Virus record (IMG/VR): IMGVR_UViG_3300025120_000150
Location: 1 to 41,898 of that record
Length of the DNA: 41,898 nucleotides
Reading direction: 5' to 3' (one strand)
DNA from: a virus
Taxonomy: Duplodnaviria; Caudoviricetes
Shown here: piece after piece, positions 26,901-36,031 of the stretch
Layout: each line of letters starts with the position of its first letter
Position numbering within the stretch: the first letter of the stretch is position 1
The notes under the pieces: model-generated
Seen by the model: the letters and a program-made list of their open reading frames with translations, nothing else
Told to the model about the DNA's origin: nothing
Database searches by the model: none
Translations under genes and position numbers: made by a program

Positions 26901-26905
26901 AATTT

Positions 26906-27100
26906 TTATTTTTCGCGCGCTAGTTCCAGCGTATGTCTGTCCTCCACTGCTAAACGGTTATACATAAGTCTGCCTTTGTTAATAAGCCTAGATGCTTCGT
27001 TAATACTAAGACCATAAATGTCTGCGGTTCTGTTTACAGTTATGGTTTTAAGGTGATAAGTCTCAAAGACTTGTAAGGCTTTCGAGTTAGGTTTATTCAT
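26906..27100 (-). CDS. Hypothetical protein
   Basis: ATGA-coupled 64-aa ORF. Confidence 0.65.
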   Translation of the reverse strand: MNKPNSKALQVFETYHLKTITVNRTADIYGLSINEASRLINKGRLMYNRLAVEDRHTLELAREK

Positions 27101-27423
27101 GCGCGAATACTCCCGATCTCATTAGCCTCAGTAACGTACTCAGATAATGTTTTTGAAGGTTCAAAGTGAATATCCCTTTCAATGGTCAAACCGAAAGGAA
27201 GCGTTAAAGCTTCCAGCTCTTCCAGAGACACATAACCCAGCTCAGGAAAGCCCATACCTAGGTCACATAAACCAAATAAAGTCCGATCTTCTTTGTTGTA
27301 TCTACTTATTAACCAAGTGGCTGAGCCAACTGGATTAAAAAGCTTTAGATAAGGTTTATCTGTCATTGCATTGCCAATGTTTTTTGATAGTTTGGCTTCT
27401 ATTTCTTTAGTTATTAATTTCAT
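27097..27423 (-). CDS. DUF2958 family protein
   Basis: KLFNPVGSATWLI..FGLCDLGMGFPELGYVSLEEL..IERDIHF. Confidence 0.85.
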   Translation of the reverse strand: MKLITKEIEAKLSKNIGNAMTDKPYLKLFNPVGSATWLISRYNKEDRTLFGLCDLGMGFPELGYVSLEELEALTLPFGLTIERDIHFEPSKTLSEYVTEANEIGSIRA

Positions 27424-27428
27424 AATAT

Positions 27429-27911
27429 TTATATAATTTTTAATTCAGGGTGATTAAACATTGCCGACCAATCCGCTTCCCCTCCGAATAGATCGCTCAT
27501 GTCAGAAGGTTTAACTTGAGAGGTTAGTTTGAAAAATCTTGAATGGTAATACTGGCGGTCTTGGTATCCGTCAGGCGTATCAAAATCCTCAGCAATAGAA
27601 ACCCACCAAGAGCCATTTTTATATAAATACAGGTACTCATGAAATAGAGCGTTTGCATCTCTAACAAAAGCATACTCAGAACCATGCTCATGCGGGCAAT
27701 CCTCATTGGATCTACTTTCGTTAATATCCTCTATGGTAAATTTTAGACTGGATATGTAGCCATTATTCACAAGCTCTTTAGCTCTCTCGAAAGAGTTCCA
27801 ATGTGCTAAAAGGATAGCCCCGTTATAAGACGGGTAGCCATCCATATGGCAGTAAGTGGACGTTATCCAATTGCTATCCTTTTGGTACGCGATTAAGCTT
27901 CTTGTACTCAT
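27429..27911 (-). CDS. Conserved phage early protein
   Basis: MSTRSLI..YCHMDGYPSYNGAILL..EYLYLY motif pattern; AAGGAG RBS. Confidence 0.75.
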   Translation of the reverse strand: MSTRSLIAYQKDSNWITSTYCHMDGYPSYNGAILLAHWNSFERAKELVNNGYISSLKFTIEDINESRSNEDCPHEHGSEYAFVRDANALFHEYLYLYKNGSWWVSIAEDFDTPDGYQDRQYYHSRFFKLTSQVKPSDMSDLFGGEADWSAMFNHPELKII

Positions 27912-27922
27912 TTTTTTACTCC

Positions 27923-28183
27923 TTATATTAGTGAATCCAAACTTGTAGGCGGTACTTTTACCTCAAAGTGAAAACGGCAAGATTGCATAATAGAAATTGC
28001 TTTTTCCCAGTCTTGATCTTCTAGCAGTAGTTCTAAAATTACAGCTATTTCTTCTTCATCAAAATTAGTTTTTTCTTCTAATGCACACATAACATCCACA
28101 TTAATAAATTCTTGCATTTCATTAGAATTTTCTGTGTCTATATAATTTCTCCAAACACCGCGCTCTGTTACTTCAAATTTCAT
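27923..28183 (-). CDS. Hypothetical protein
   Basis: GGAGG RBS; ATGA coupling. Confidence 0.7.
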   Translation of the reverse strand: MKFEVTERGVWRNYIDTENSNEMQEFINVDVMCALEEKTNFDEEEIAVILELLLEDQDWEKAISIMQSCRFHFEVKVPPTSLDSLI

Positions 28184-28491
28184 TTGAGTTCCTCCCCGTT
28201 ATAGGTGTAGAACTTATCAGCTAAGCCCTCCAATTCTCCGAACTTGCCGCAAGCTGTAGCCATCCCGTTAAATTCTTTGCAGAACTTATCGGCATTGTGA
28301 AAACTGCACCTAGCCAGTGCCTTATGTAGCATATATAAAGCCTCTGCAAAATCTCCACACCGGGAATCTGTAATTCCCAGATCCTTGCACAAGTAAGCCC
28401 TCATGTATTTAAGGTTATCTTTATCATTTACAAAGTAATGACCGCTATAGTCATCCTTCATTATTTCCGACCCGTAATATGTTTCGCTCAT
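28180..28491 (-). CDS. Hypothetical protein
   Basis: GGAG RBS; 103 aa. Confidence 0.7.
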   Translation of the reverse strand: MSETYYGSEIMKDDYSGHYFVNDKDNLKYMRAYLCKDLGITDSRCGDFAEALYMLHKALARCSFHNADKFCKEFNGMATACGKFGELEGLADKFYTYNGEELK

Positions 28492-28515
28492 ATTTTTTTT
28501 CTCCGATTATTAAAA

Positions 28516-29187
28516 TTAAAGGTTTGCACCCCATTGATCCGCCATCGCCTTTGCAAGCCCATGGTGAAATTTGCTTCTAACTTTCCAGCGATCTTTACTC
28601 GGGCTGGCGTTATGAATATCTTGTCTAGCTGTCTCCTTGTTTAAAGATCCTGTGCTATTTAATTTAGGTAGATTCTTGAGCCATAAACAAGTTTGTTTTC
28701 TTGTGTTGTCTTCTGAATCTATATGTTCTGCGTATTGGTAAGGTTCAACGATCTGTGTTGCCTTCCAATCAAAATAACTATTTGAATATCTGCTAATCCT
28801 ACGCTTTGCAAAATGATGCATGATCGGATTTTCCATGGCTATTCGTGGGACGTCTGCATTCCAGAGATCTGCAAAGAGAGAAGCTCCCTCCTCCAGTTCT
28901 CCTAAAACTTTTTTCATCCATTGTCTTTGAGTCATGCCAGCACCCATTTTTCTAGGTTTCTTTTTGAGGTGTTGTACTCCTGAATTACAAAGCCGAGTAC
29001 ACGGCGGATGTGCCACCATTAACATATCCCAAGACTCATAAAATAAAACGTCTCTAACGTCATCTTGTATATGCCTATTGGTTTGCGTGTCTGCTGGTAA
29101 GACGTCACAACTCCAAACGTCATGCCCTTTATCTAAGAAGGCATCCCGTACTATTCCGCTCGTTTCACATGCAATTAATATCTTCAT
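28516..29187 (-). CDS. Phage DNA cytosine-5 methyltransferase-like protein
   Basis: ILIACETSG (degenerate motif I), WSCD, DMLMVAHPPCT (PC motif IV), MENP (motif VI), RSKF..GLAKAMADQWG. Confidence 0.75.
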   Translation of the reverse strand: MKILIACETSGIVRDAFLDKGHDVWSCDVLPADTQTNRHIQDDVRDVLFYESWDMLMVAHPPCTRLCNSGVQHLKKKPRKMGAGMTQRQWMKKVLGELEEGASLFADLWNADVPRIAMENPIMHHFAKRRISRYSNSYFDWKATQIVEPYQYAEHIDSEDNTRKQTCLWLKNLPKLNSTGSLNKETARQDIHNASPSKDRWKVRSKFHHGLAKAMADQWGANL

Positions 29188-29250
29188 TCGCTCGCTCTAT
29201 TTGTCTGTGTTAAGCGCTATCTTATAAGAATTATCGATTAACACAAGTTA

Positions 29251-29273
29251 TTTAACTACTATCAATAGTAATT
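29251..29273. promoter_or_regulatory. Putative repressor operator, copy 3
   Basis: TTTAACTACT-ATC-AATAGTAATT; 4 mismatches to the consensus; lies in the divergent early/late intergenic region. Confidence 0.5.
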
Positions 29274-29312
29274 AATTTCTCTCTCACAATTGGCAAGGTA
29301 TAAATTCTCACC

Positions 29313-29567
29313 ATGCAAGAAGAACACCTAGAGAGAAGGTTAGAAAATGTGGAAACAGAACTCCGCGGAATTGCTCGCACGCTTTCCAGTCTTGCACGCA
29401 TTGAAGAAAAACTTTCCAACGTTAATCATTTCATACTTGACCACGAAACTAGGCTTAGAGTTTTAGAAGACTCAAGCGCAAAAGGTTCGGTAAATATCAA
29501 AATAGCAGAGCGTGTAATTTGGATCGTTCTTGCTGGAGCTTTAGCATCCCTAAATATAATCAATTAG
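29313..29567 (+). CDS. Coiled-coil protein with C-terminal transmembrane helix (XhlA/holin-like)
   Basis: RRLENVE..LARIEEKL..HETRLRVLE followed by VIWIVLAGALASLNII. Confidence 0.6.
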   Translation: MQEEHLERRLENVETELRGIARTLSSLARIEEKLSNVNHFILDHETRLRVLEDSSAKGSVNIKIAERVIWIVLAGALASLNIIN

Positions 29568-30145
29568 AACTTTTAAAATATCTACATGGATCTAGGTTTT
29601 CACCTCGCAGATCTGTAGATCTAAAAATAGATCTTGAGCCAGCCTCGGAAGTTGGCACTTTTACACCCATTGAAGAAACCAAATTTTGTAATTTTTGCGG
29701 TCTAGCCCTAGCGCTGTCTTCTTTCGATAACTCTTATAAGGGTAATAAGACATATAAAAGAAATAGATGCAGAAAGTGTAGCGCTAAGAAAGGCGAAAGC
29801 TATAAGAAATTTATAAGAAGAGCACATACAAAGTTAAAGCACGCTAGAAAGAAACAAGGTAAAGAATGGGATCTTACACCAGAGATCTTATTTCAGATCT
29901 ATGAAGAGCAAGACGGCAAGTGTTACCTTTCTGGTAGATGTATGAGCCACACAATAGCGGAAGGCGTTAAGGATCTTAATATTAGTATTGATCGTATAGA
30001 CCCCGACAAAGGATACACAAAAGAGAATATCTCTCTCTGTTGTGTTAGAGCTAACCTTATTAAACACACGTTAACAAATAGCGAACTAAAAGACTGGACA
30101 CGGGCAATATGGCAACACCTACAGAACGACAAGAATTATTCATAG
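29519..30145 (+). CDS. Zinc-finger / HNH-like endonuclease upstream of terminase; start uncertain
   Basis: CNFC..CRKC; QDGKCYLSG..SIDRIDPDKGYTKENISLCC..N..K. Confidence 0.7.
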   Translation: MDRSCWSFSIPKYNQLELLKYLHGSRFSPRRSVDLKIDLEPASEVGTFTPIEETKFCNFCGLALALSSFDNSYKGNKTYKRNRCRKCSAKKGESYKKFIRRAHTKLKHARKKQGKEWDLTPEILFQIYEEQDGKCYLSGRCMSHTIAEGVKDLNISIDRIDPDKGYTKENISLCCVRANLIKHTLTNSELKDWTRAIWQHLQNDKNYS

Positions 30146-30507
30146 CTGAGTATGTAAAGACTAGAAACGGCTTTAAATCGGCAGTTAAGGCTGGTTATAG
30201 GGAGAACTCAGCACGGCAACAGGCGTCGCGCTTGCTTACGAAAGAGCACATTTTGAAACGTGTAGAACAAGAAACCCAACAAATTCAAGCCCGTAACAAC
30301 CTCGATGCTGATTACATCGTGAACAAATTACGACAAGAGGCCGAAGGGATCACACCAGATGCAACTGCGAGCTCGCGGGTTAAGGCGCTTGATCAATTAG
30401 CAAAAATTGCTGGTGTCTATGCTCCAGTTAAAAGCGAAGTAGAGGCCAACATCAACCAAGAAGACGACTGGCTAGCAAACCTAGACGAAGAGGAAGAGTT
30501 CCACTAG
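30109..30507 (+). CDS. terS: Terminase small subunit
   Basis: TERQELFIAEY..N...SAVKAGY..SARQQASRLL..RVKALDQLAKIAG. Confidence 0.92.
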   Translation: MATPTERQELFIAEYVKTRNGFKSAVKAGYRENSARQQASRLLTKEHILKRVEQETQQIQARNNLDADYIVNKLRQEAEGITPDATASSRVKALDQLAKIAGVYAPVKSEVEANINQEDDWLANLDEEEEFH

Positions 30508-30524
30508 ATCTTAGACCAGGCTAA

Positions 30525-32126
30525 ATGGATAAAATAGAAAAGATAGGCAAAAGGGTTAAACAAGATCTCCCTTTCTATGCTTCTAATTTCCTCAGGATCG
30601 TAGACAAACAAGGAGAGCGCATTCCCTTTCGCTTTAATCCGTCCCAGTTAGAGGTACATAGAAGACTACAGAAGCAATTAAAGGACACTGGACGAGTCAG
30701 AGCATTAGTTCTTAAATCACGCCAGCTAGGTATCTCTACTTACTCAGAAGCTAGATTGTTCTGGAGAGCTGTTACAAATAAGAATGTTAATGCTGTAGTG
30801 ATCTCCCACCTGAACAGCTCAAGTAAGGCTATCTTTGAAATGATCCGTCACTTCTATGATCATATCCCTCATCAAGCATTCAAGCCTGAGACTGGACAAC
30901 TAACCCAGACCAGCATTTCTTTTGAGAAGCTAAACAGCCAGTTCCGTGTGCACACTGCAAGAACAGGTGACGTTGGAAGAGGTCAAACGAATAAGTATCT
31001 TCATTTGTCAGAAGTTGCGTTCTTTCCTCAAAAAGCAGAGATTGTTGCGGGATTATTGCAGACTGTTCCGCGCCTAGGATCTGAGGTAATACTTGAATCT
31101 ACTGCTAATGGGGCGGGGGGATGGTTCTATGAGCAGTCACTAAAGGCAATCCATACTATGAATAAGGGGACATCCACAGATTGGGAGCTGATATTCCTAC
31201 CTTGGACTGACCACTACGAGTACCAAGTACCCCCAGACCCCTATTTTGAGCCCTCCGAATATGAAGAGTACCTTGTTGAAAAATTTGGTTTGAAAAATTC
31301 CCAGCTAAATTTTCGCAGACTAAAAATTGCTGAGCTTGGAAGTGAGGATCTATTCAAACAAGAGTACCCCTTAACCCCACAAGAAGCCTTCCTTTTTTCT
31401 GGAAGGACATTTGTAGAGAGTACCTACATAGAAAATATTATAGAAGATTGTTTCTCTCACAACAAAGAGGGGGAGATACTGCCCGATGTTACATTCTCTG
31501 AAAAGGCTAAAGGACGTTTTAGAGAGTGGCGTGATTGCGAAGCCGACCAAAGGTATTGCATAGGAGTTGATGTAGCCGAAGGGCTAGAAGGTAGAGATTA
31601 TTCATGCGCTCAGGTTATGGACGCGATGGGTAATCAAGTTGCTTGCTGGCACGGACACATTGATCCGTTCATGTTTGGTGATCTATTGCGTGCATTAGGT
31701 CTTTTGTATAACAAAGCTTGGATGGTAGTTGAAAGAAACAACCACGGGCTTACGACAATAAGACGATTGCAAGAACTAGGTTATCCAAACTTGTATGTAG
31801 ATAGACAGGTAGACAACGCTTACGCAGACAAGATGACTAAGAAGGCTGGGTTCTTAACTACGAGTAAGACGAAGCCAGTATTGATAGATGGACTAGCTAC
31901 CCTGATTAGACAAGGTGAGTCAGGGATAGTGTGTAAGGATTTGGTGAGTGAGTTGAGGACGTATGTACTGGATGATAGAGGACATACCAATGCCCAACAA
32001 GGTTGCCATGACGATAGAGTTATGTCGTATGCATTAGCTTTATGGGGGCTTCAATCTATGCCCCGTAATAGGCGTTTTATACAGAAGCATGACTATGAAC
32101 CGATAGATGGAGTAATTGGGTATTAA
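30525..32126 (+). CDS. terL: Terminase large subunit
   Basis: LKSRQLGIST (Walker A), LHLSEVAF (Walker B), ESTANG, IGVDVAEG, VVERNNHG, HDDRVMS. Confidence 0.95.
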   Translation: MDKIEKIGKRVKQDLPFYASNFLRIVDKQGERIPFRFNPSQLEVHRRLQKQLKDTGRVRALVLKSRQLGISTYSEARLFWRAVTNKNVNAVVISHLNSSSKAIFEMIRHFYDHIPHQAFKPETGQLTQTSISFEKLNSQFRVHTARTGDVGRGQTNKYLHLSEVAFFPQKAEIVAGLLQTVPRLGSEVILESTANGAGGWFYEQSLKAIHTMNKGTSTDWELIFLPWTDHYEYQVPPDPYFEPSEYEEYLVEKFGLKNSQLNFRRLKIAELGSEDLFKQEYPLTPQEAFLFSGRTFVESTYIENIIEDCFSHNKEGEILPDVTFSEKAKGRFREWRDCEADQRYCIGVDVAEGLEGRDYSCAQVMDAMGNQVACWHGHIDPFMFGDLLRALGLLYNKAWMVVERNNHGLTTIRRLQELGYPNLYVDRQVDNAYADKMTKKAGFLTTSKTKPVLIDGLATLIRQGESGIVCKDLVSELRTYVLDDRGHTNAQQGCHDDRVMSYALALWGLQSMPRNRRFIQKHDYEPIDGVIGY

Positions 32127-32233
32127 TGGATAACTGTTATTTAGGCTGGTTTTGGAACTTTGAAACCAAAGAGTTTGAGAGGTGGCGCGAAAAAAAAAAT
32201 TTCGACACCTTTTTGACTAACGCAGATGATTGA
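32126..32233 (+). CDS. Possible 35-aa protein (not in ORF track)
   Basis: TAATG-coupled MDNCYLGWFWNFETKEFERWREKK... Confidence 0.45.
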   Translation: MDNCYLGWFWNFETKEFERWREKKNFDTFLTNADD

Positions 32234-32495
32234 GTATAGAGGTGAAAAGTTCTCTGGTTATAACAAACCAAAGAGAACACCTAACCACCCTACTAAGTCA
32301 CATGCAGTTTTAGCTAAAGAAGGTAGCGTTATTAAATTAATACGTTTTGGACAACAGGGAGTAAGTGGAGCTGGTAAAAATCCTAAGTCTGATAAAGATA
32401 AAGCAAGGCGCAAATCTTTTAAGGCTAGACACGCTAAGAATATAGCAAAAGGAAAACTGTCAGCTGCTTATTGGGCTAACAAAGTTAAATGGTAA
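32226..32495 (+). CDS. Small basic conserved phage protein
   Basis: GYNKPKRTP..KLIRFGQQG..RRKSFKARH..SAAYWANKVKW. Confidence 0.8.
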   Translation: MIEYRGEKFSGYNKPKRTPNHPTKSHAVLAKEGSVIKLIRFGQQGVSGAGKNPKSDKDKARRKSFKARHAKNIAKGKLSAAYWANKVKW

Positions 32496-32650
32496 TGAAA
32501 AAGAAAAAAGGTTTATACGAAAATATACACGCAAAAAAAGAAAGAATTAAAAAAGGTTCTGGTGAAACAATGAGAAAGGTTGGATCAAAAGGTGCACCCA
32601 CTAAAAAGAATTTTGCAGATGCAAAGAAAACAGCTAAAAAAAGGAAATAA
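32495..32650 (+). CDS. Lys-rich 51-aa protein (not in ORF track)
   Basis: MKKKKGLYENIHAKKERIKKGSGETMRKVGSKGAPTKKNFADAKKTAKKRK; TAATG coupling. Confidence 0.75.
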   Translation: MKKKKGLYENIHAKKERIKKGSGETMRKVGSKGAPTKKNFADAKKTAKKRK

Positions 32651-32652
32651 TT

Positions 32653-32748
32653 ATGCCACAAGGAAAAGGAACATACGGAACTAAAGTTGGAAGGCCACCA
32701 ATGAAAAAAGGTAAAAAGAAAGCCTCTAAAAAGAAAGGTTCTAAATAA
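32653..32748 (+). CDS. Lys-rich 31-aa protein (not in ORF track)
   Basis: MPQGKGTYGTKVGRPPMKKGKKKASKKKGSK; AAGGA RBS; TAATG coupling to portal. Confidence 0.7.
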   Translation: MPQGKGTYGTKVGRPPMKKGKKKASKKKGSK

Positions 32749-34796
32749 TGCCGCATAGTGATGAAGACTTGGTAATGAATACTTCAGATATGGAGCTTTC
32801 AGAAGCAGGTATTGATCTTAAAGAGGTCACAGAAAAAAAGAACCAAGACGCCGAAGAACAAAGCGCAGAATTAAGTTCTTTTGGTGCTAGGTTAAAAAAT
32901 CTTTATGAAGAATATAAAGACAGTCGTTCTGAGATAGAAGATGAATGGATCAAAGATCTTAGGCAGTATAGCGGTAAGTATGAGCCTGATGTATTAGCCA
33001 AGCTTGAGGCACAAGGCAATCGTTCTAAGGTATATGTTGGCTTAACTAGAACAAAGGTTATGGCTGCTTACTCTAGGGTTATAGATTTAGTCTTCCAACC
33101 TGGAGAGCCATTCTTTAGCATAGAGCCTACCCCTAATCCTGAAATAGATCCTCTTAGACAGAACCGTATGCTAAACCAAGCAGTAGCTGAAATTATGCAA
33201 GTTTCAGGTGCAGAAGATATGTCTGAGGTTGAAGACTTGGTACAGCAAAGATCTATGGAGTTACAACAAGAAATTAGAGACAACGCCAAAGATATTGCCA
33301 GAGAAAGTGCAAAACTAATGGCTTTAGAAATAGAGGATTTTTTAGTAGAACACAACACAGATGAACGCATGAAAGATGCAATCTTAGAAATGTGTTTATT
33401 TGGCTCAGGTGCAATGAAGGTCGGTACGTTTAAAGTTGAAAAACGATCCCACTGGCGCAGAGGAGCTGAAGGTTATTCCATGATTATGGAAGAAGACGTT
33501 GTTCCTGAAGTAGATTCAGTTTCTATATTTGATTTATATCCAGATCCCTATGCAACATCTATGGATAACGCTGATGGTATTTTTAGAAGGCATATATTAA
33601 CTAGAAAACAATTTGGTGATTTAAAGAATGTAGCTGGCTTTGATAAAGAAAAAGTTAATCTTATGTTGGAAAAGCATTCAGATGGTAACCATGATGAAGC
33701 ACAGCATGAAAAGGATAGACGTTCTATATCAGGTGTTAATGAATATGCCGAAAGTACACGATTTGAAGTATTAGAGTATTGGGGATGTGTCAGTGGGCAT
33801 GATCTTTCTGAATCAAATGTAGACTTAGGCAAAGAAGCCAAACTTGAAGATGAGTACCAAGCCAATGTATGGATATGTGATAACCATGTTTTAAAGGCAC
33901 AAATCAATCCTATTATGGGCGGATACAAAAGCCCTTACCTAATTGTTCCCTATGAAAGAAACCCTCATCAATTTTGGGGTGTAGGTGTGGCTCGTATGAT
34001 GCGAGATTCTCAGCAAACTATGAATGCAGCTGTAAGAATCTATTTAGACAATACAGCAATTTCAAGCGCACCCATGGTTGAGGTGAATACAGATTTATTG
34101 GCAGCAGGTGAAGACCCAACGGATCTACATCCTTGGCGAATCTTTCTCAGGGAGGGGGGTGATGCTCAATTCCCAATGGTTCGTTTTTATCAACCTTCCA
34201 ATAATGCTTCCTCATTAAACAATATTATAGAATTGTTTAGACGTTTCGCAGACGAGACAACATCACTCCCCAGCTATACCCACGGCGACCAGCAAAAGTC
34301 TATGAATCAGACTGCAACTGGTATGTCTATGTTAATGGGGGCAGCTAATGTAGCCCTTAAATCAACTATTAAAAATTTAGACGAGTACATGGTTAAACCA
34401 ATGATACAAAGCTTGTATCACCATTTTATGGAATGGAGTACTAATGAAGATGCTAAAGGGGATCTCAATATAGTGGCTAGAGGATCTACAGCCTTAATAC
34501 AAAAAGAAGTGCAGAGTCAGAGACTATTGCAATTCCTATCGCTAGTTAGCAATCCACTTGATGCGTCAATGGTGGATCGCGGAGTCTTATTAAGAGACAT
34601 AGCTCAATCTTTAGACATTGATGCAGAAAAGGTAATTAAATCAGATGACGAACTCCAAGAAGAACAACAAAGGTTATTACAACAAGCTATCTCCGAGTCA
34701 GGCGGTGGCAGTCCTGCAGTTGGTGACTCAACCAACATTCCAGGAGGTGTTGAGCCTCTTCAACTCCCGCTTGGAAACATCAAGGGATCGTCTTGA
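32748..34796 (+). CDS. Portal protein
   Basis: 682 aa between terL and scaffold; FDLYPDPYA, PHQFWGVGVA, TATGMSMLM podovirus-type portal motifs. Confidence 0.9.
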   Translation: MPHSDEDLVMNTSDMELSEAGIDLKEVTEKKNQDAEEQSAELSSFGARLKNLYEEYKDSRSEIEDEWIKDLRQYSGKYEPDVLAKLEAQGNRSKVYVGLTRTKVMAAYSRVIDLVFQPGEPFFSIEPTPNPEIDPLRQNRMLNQAVAEIMQVSGAEDMSEVEDLVQQRSMELQQEIRDNAKDIARESAKLMALEIEDFLVEHNTDERMKDAILEMCLFGSGAMKVGTFKVEKRSHWRRGAEGYSMIMEEDVVPEVDSVSIFDLYPDPYATSMDNADGIFRRHILTRKQFGDLKNVAGFDKEKVNLMLEKHSDGNHDEAQHEKDRRSISGVNEYAESTRFEVLEYWGCVSGHDLSESNVDLGKEAKLEDEYQANVWICDNHVLKAQINPIMGGYKSPYLIVPYERNPHQFWGVGVARMMRDSQQTMNAAVRIYLDNTAISSAPMVEVNTDLLAAGEDPTDLHPWRIFLREGGDAQFPMVRFYQPSNNASSLNNIIELFRRFADETTSLPSYTHGDQQKSMNQTATGMSMLMGAANVALKSTIKNLDEYMVKPMIQSLYHHFMEWSTNEDAKGDLNIVARGSTALIQKEVQSQRLLQFLSLVSNPLDASMVDRGVLLRDIAQSLDIDAEKVIKSDDELQEEQQRLLQQAISESGGGSPAVGDSTNIPGGVEPLQLPLGNIKGSS

Positions 34797-34917
34797 AAAA
34801 GCAAAGACTGAAGAAGAATTTAGAATTGAACAAGGAAGAATACAAGAAATTAGGTTCTTACTTGAATTGGAACATACTGCGAGAGCGGTACATAAGGCGG
34901 CTCAAAACCCCAATTAG
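34645..34917 (+). CDS. Small head-associated hypothetical protein overlapping the portal 3' end
   Basis: Helical ORF with RIEQGRIQEIRFLLEL in the usual portal-scaffold slot. Confidence 0.6.
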   Translation: MTNSKKNNKGYYNKLSPSQAVAVLQLVTQPTFQEVLSLFNSRLETSRDRLEKAKTEEEFRIEQGRIQEIRFLLELEHTARAVHKAAQNPN

Positions 34918-34987
34918 GGATACCTTTGAGCTTAATTTTAATAAATGTGGATACTCGTATAACGACCCACAAGGAGTTAGCTAGTTT

Positions 34988-35992
34988 ATGGCTACTAGAA
35001 ATGATCCAGTACAACTGGAGAAAGAAGCAGATGAAGCGCTTGAGCGCATAATGGCAGCAGAAGGGTTACCCGAATCTGAGGCGGAGGAATTAATTACTCC
35101 ACAAGCAACAGACGAAGATAATAATCAAGAGCTGGCAGATGGCGTTGAAGACTCACCCTCAGAGTCAGAGGACACAGAGATTGATGCGGAAACAGTGGAT
35201 GCTAAAGCAGAATCAGTTGGGGAAACTGAAAACACTTTAGAAGAATCTGTGGAAGCTGAAACATCAGCTATCGAGACTCCTGAAGAAACAGACAAGGATG
35301 GTCAGTCTGTGGACGCAGAAAAACTTGCCCAAGAACGGATAAAAAACGCTCAGGCAAGAATGACAAAAGCAACTCAAGAAGCGGCTGAACTCAGACGTGA
35401 GAATGATGAAATCAAAAAGCAACTTAATGAGTTAAAAGACACGATTAGGAGTGAGCAAACTTTGCAAAGCAATGCTGCACTTGACGATCTAAAAAAAGAC
35501 TACCCTGAATTGGCTAGTCCTTTGATAGATAAGATAGCGCAACTTGAAGCACAGATTACTCAAAGCACTTCCGAATTTAAAGAAGACAGTATGCAAAAAG
35601 AGCTTCAAGATCACTTTGCAAATATTAGGGCTAAACACCCCGATATAGACAGTCTGACTGATTCCGAAGACTTTCAAGGATGGTTAGAGCGCCAAACACC
35701 CGTTTGGAAGCGAATCTCCAAGGAAGGATCTTCAGATGAAGTCGTCAGTCTACTGGACAAATATAAAACGGAAATGGGTCTAGTGGTAGAGCCATCAGAG
35801 ACAAAGGAGCAAAAGGTAGCGCGGGCAAAGATTAAAGCTGAGCCTAAATTACCGAAGGCAAGAGAGTCTCAATTAAAGGGCGCAAACAAAAAAATCTGGA
35901 CTAGAAGTGAAATAGGTTCTCTGTCAATGGAAGACTTTGCTAAAAACGAAGAAGACATTGATAAAGCCTACGCTGAAGGAAGGATTCAATAG
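34988..35992 (+). CDS. Capsid scaffolding protein
   Basis: Acidic N-terminus, long coiled coil, HPD..F..W motif, C-terminal IDKAYAEGRI; directly before the capsid gene. Confidence 0.85.
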   Translation: MATRNDPVQLEKEADEALERIMAAEGLPESEAEELITPQATDEDNNQELADGVEDSPSESEDTEIDAETVDAKAESVGETENTLEESVEAETSAIETPEETDKDGQSVDAEKLAQERIKNAQARMTKATQEAAELRRENDEIKKQLNELKDTIRSEQTLQSNAALDDLKKDYPELASPLIDKIAQLEAQITQSTSEFKEDSMQKELQDHFANIRAKHPDIDSLTDSEDFQGWLERQTPVWKRISKEGSSDEVVSLLDKYKTEMGLVVEPSETKEQKVARAKIKAEPKLPKARESQLKGANKKIWTRSEIGSLSMEDFAKNEEDIDKAYAEGRIQ

Positions 35993-36031
35993 TTTGCATA
36001 TAGTTCATAAACTTAAATAAAGGTGTAAATT

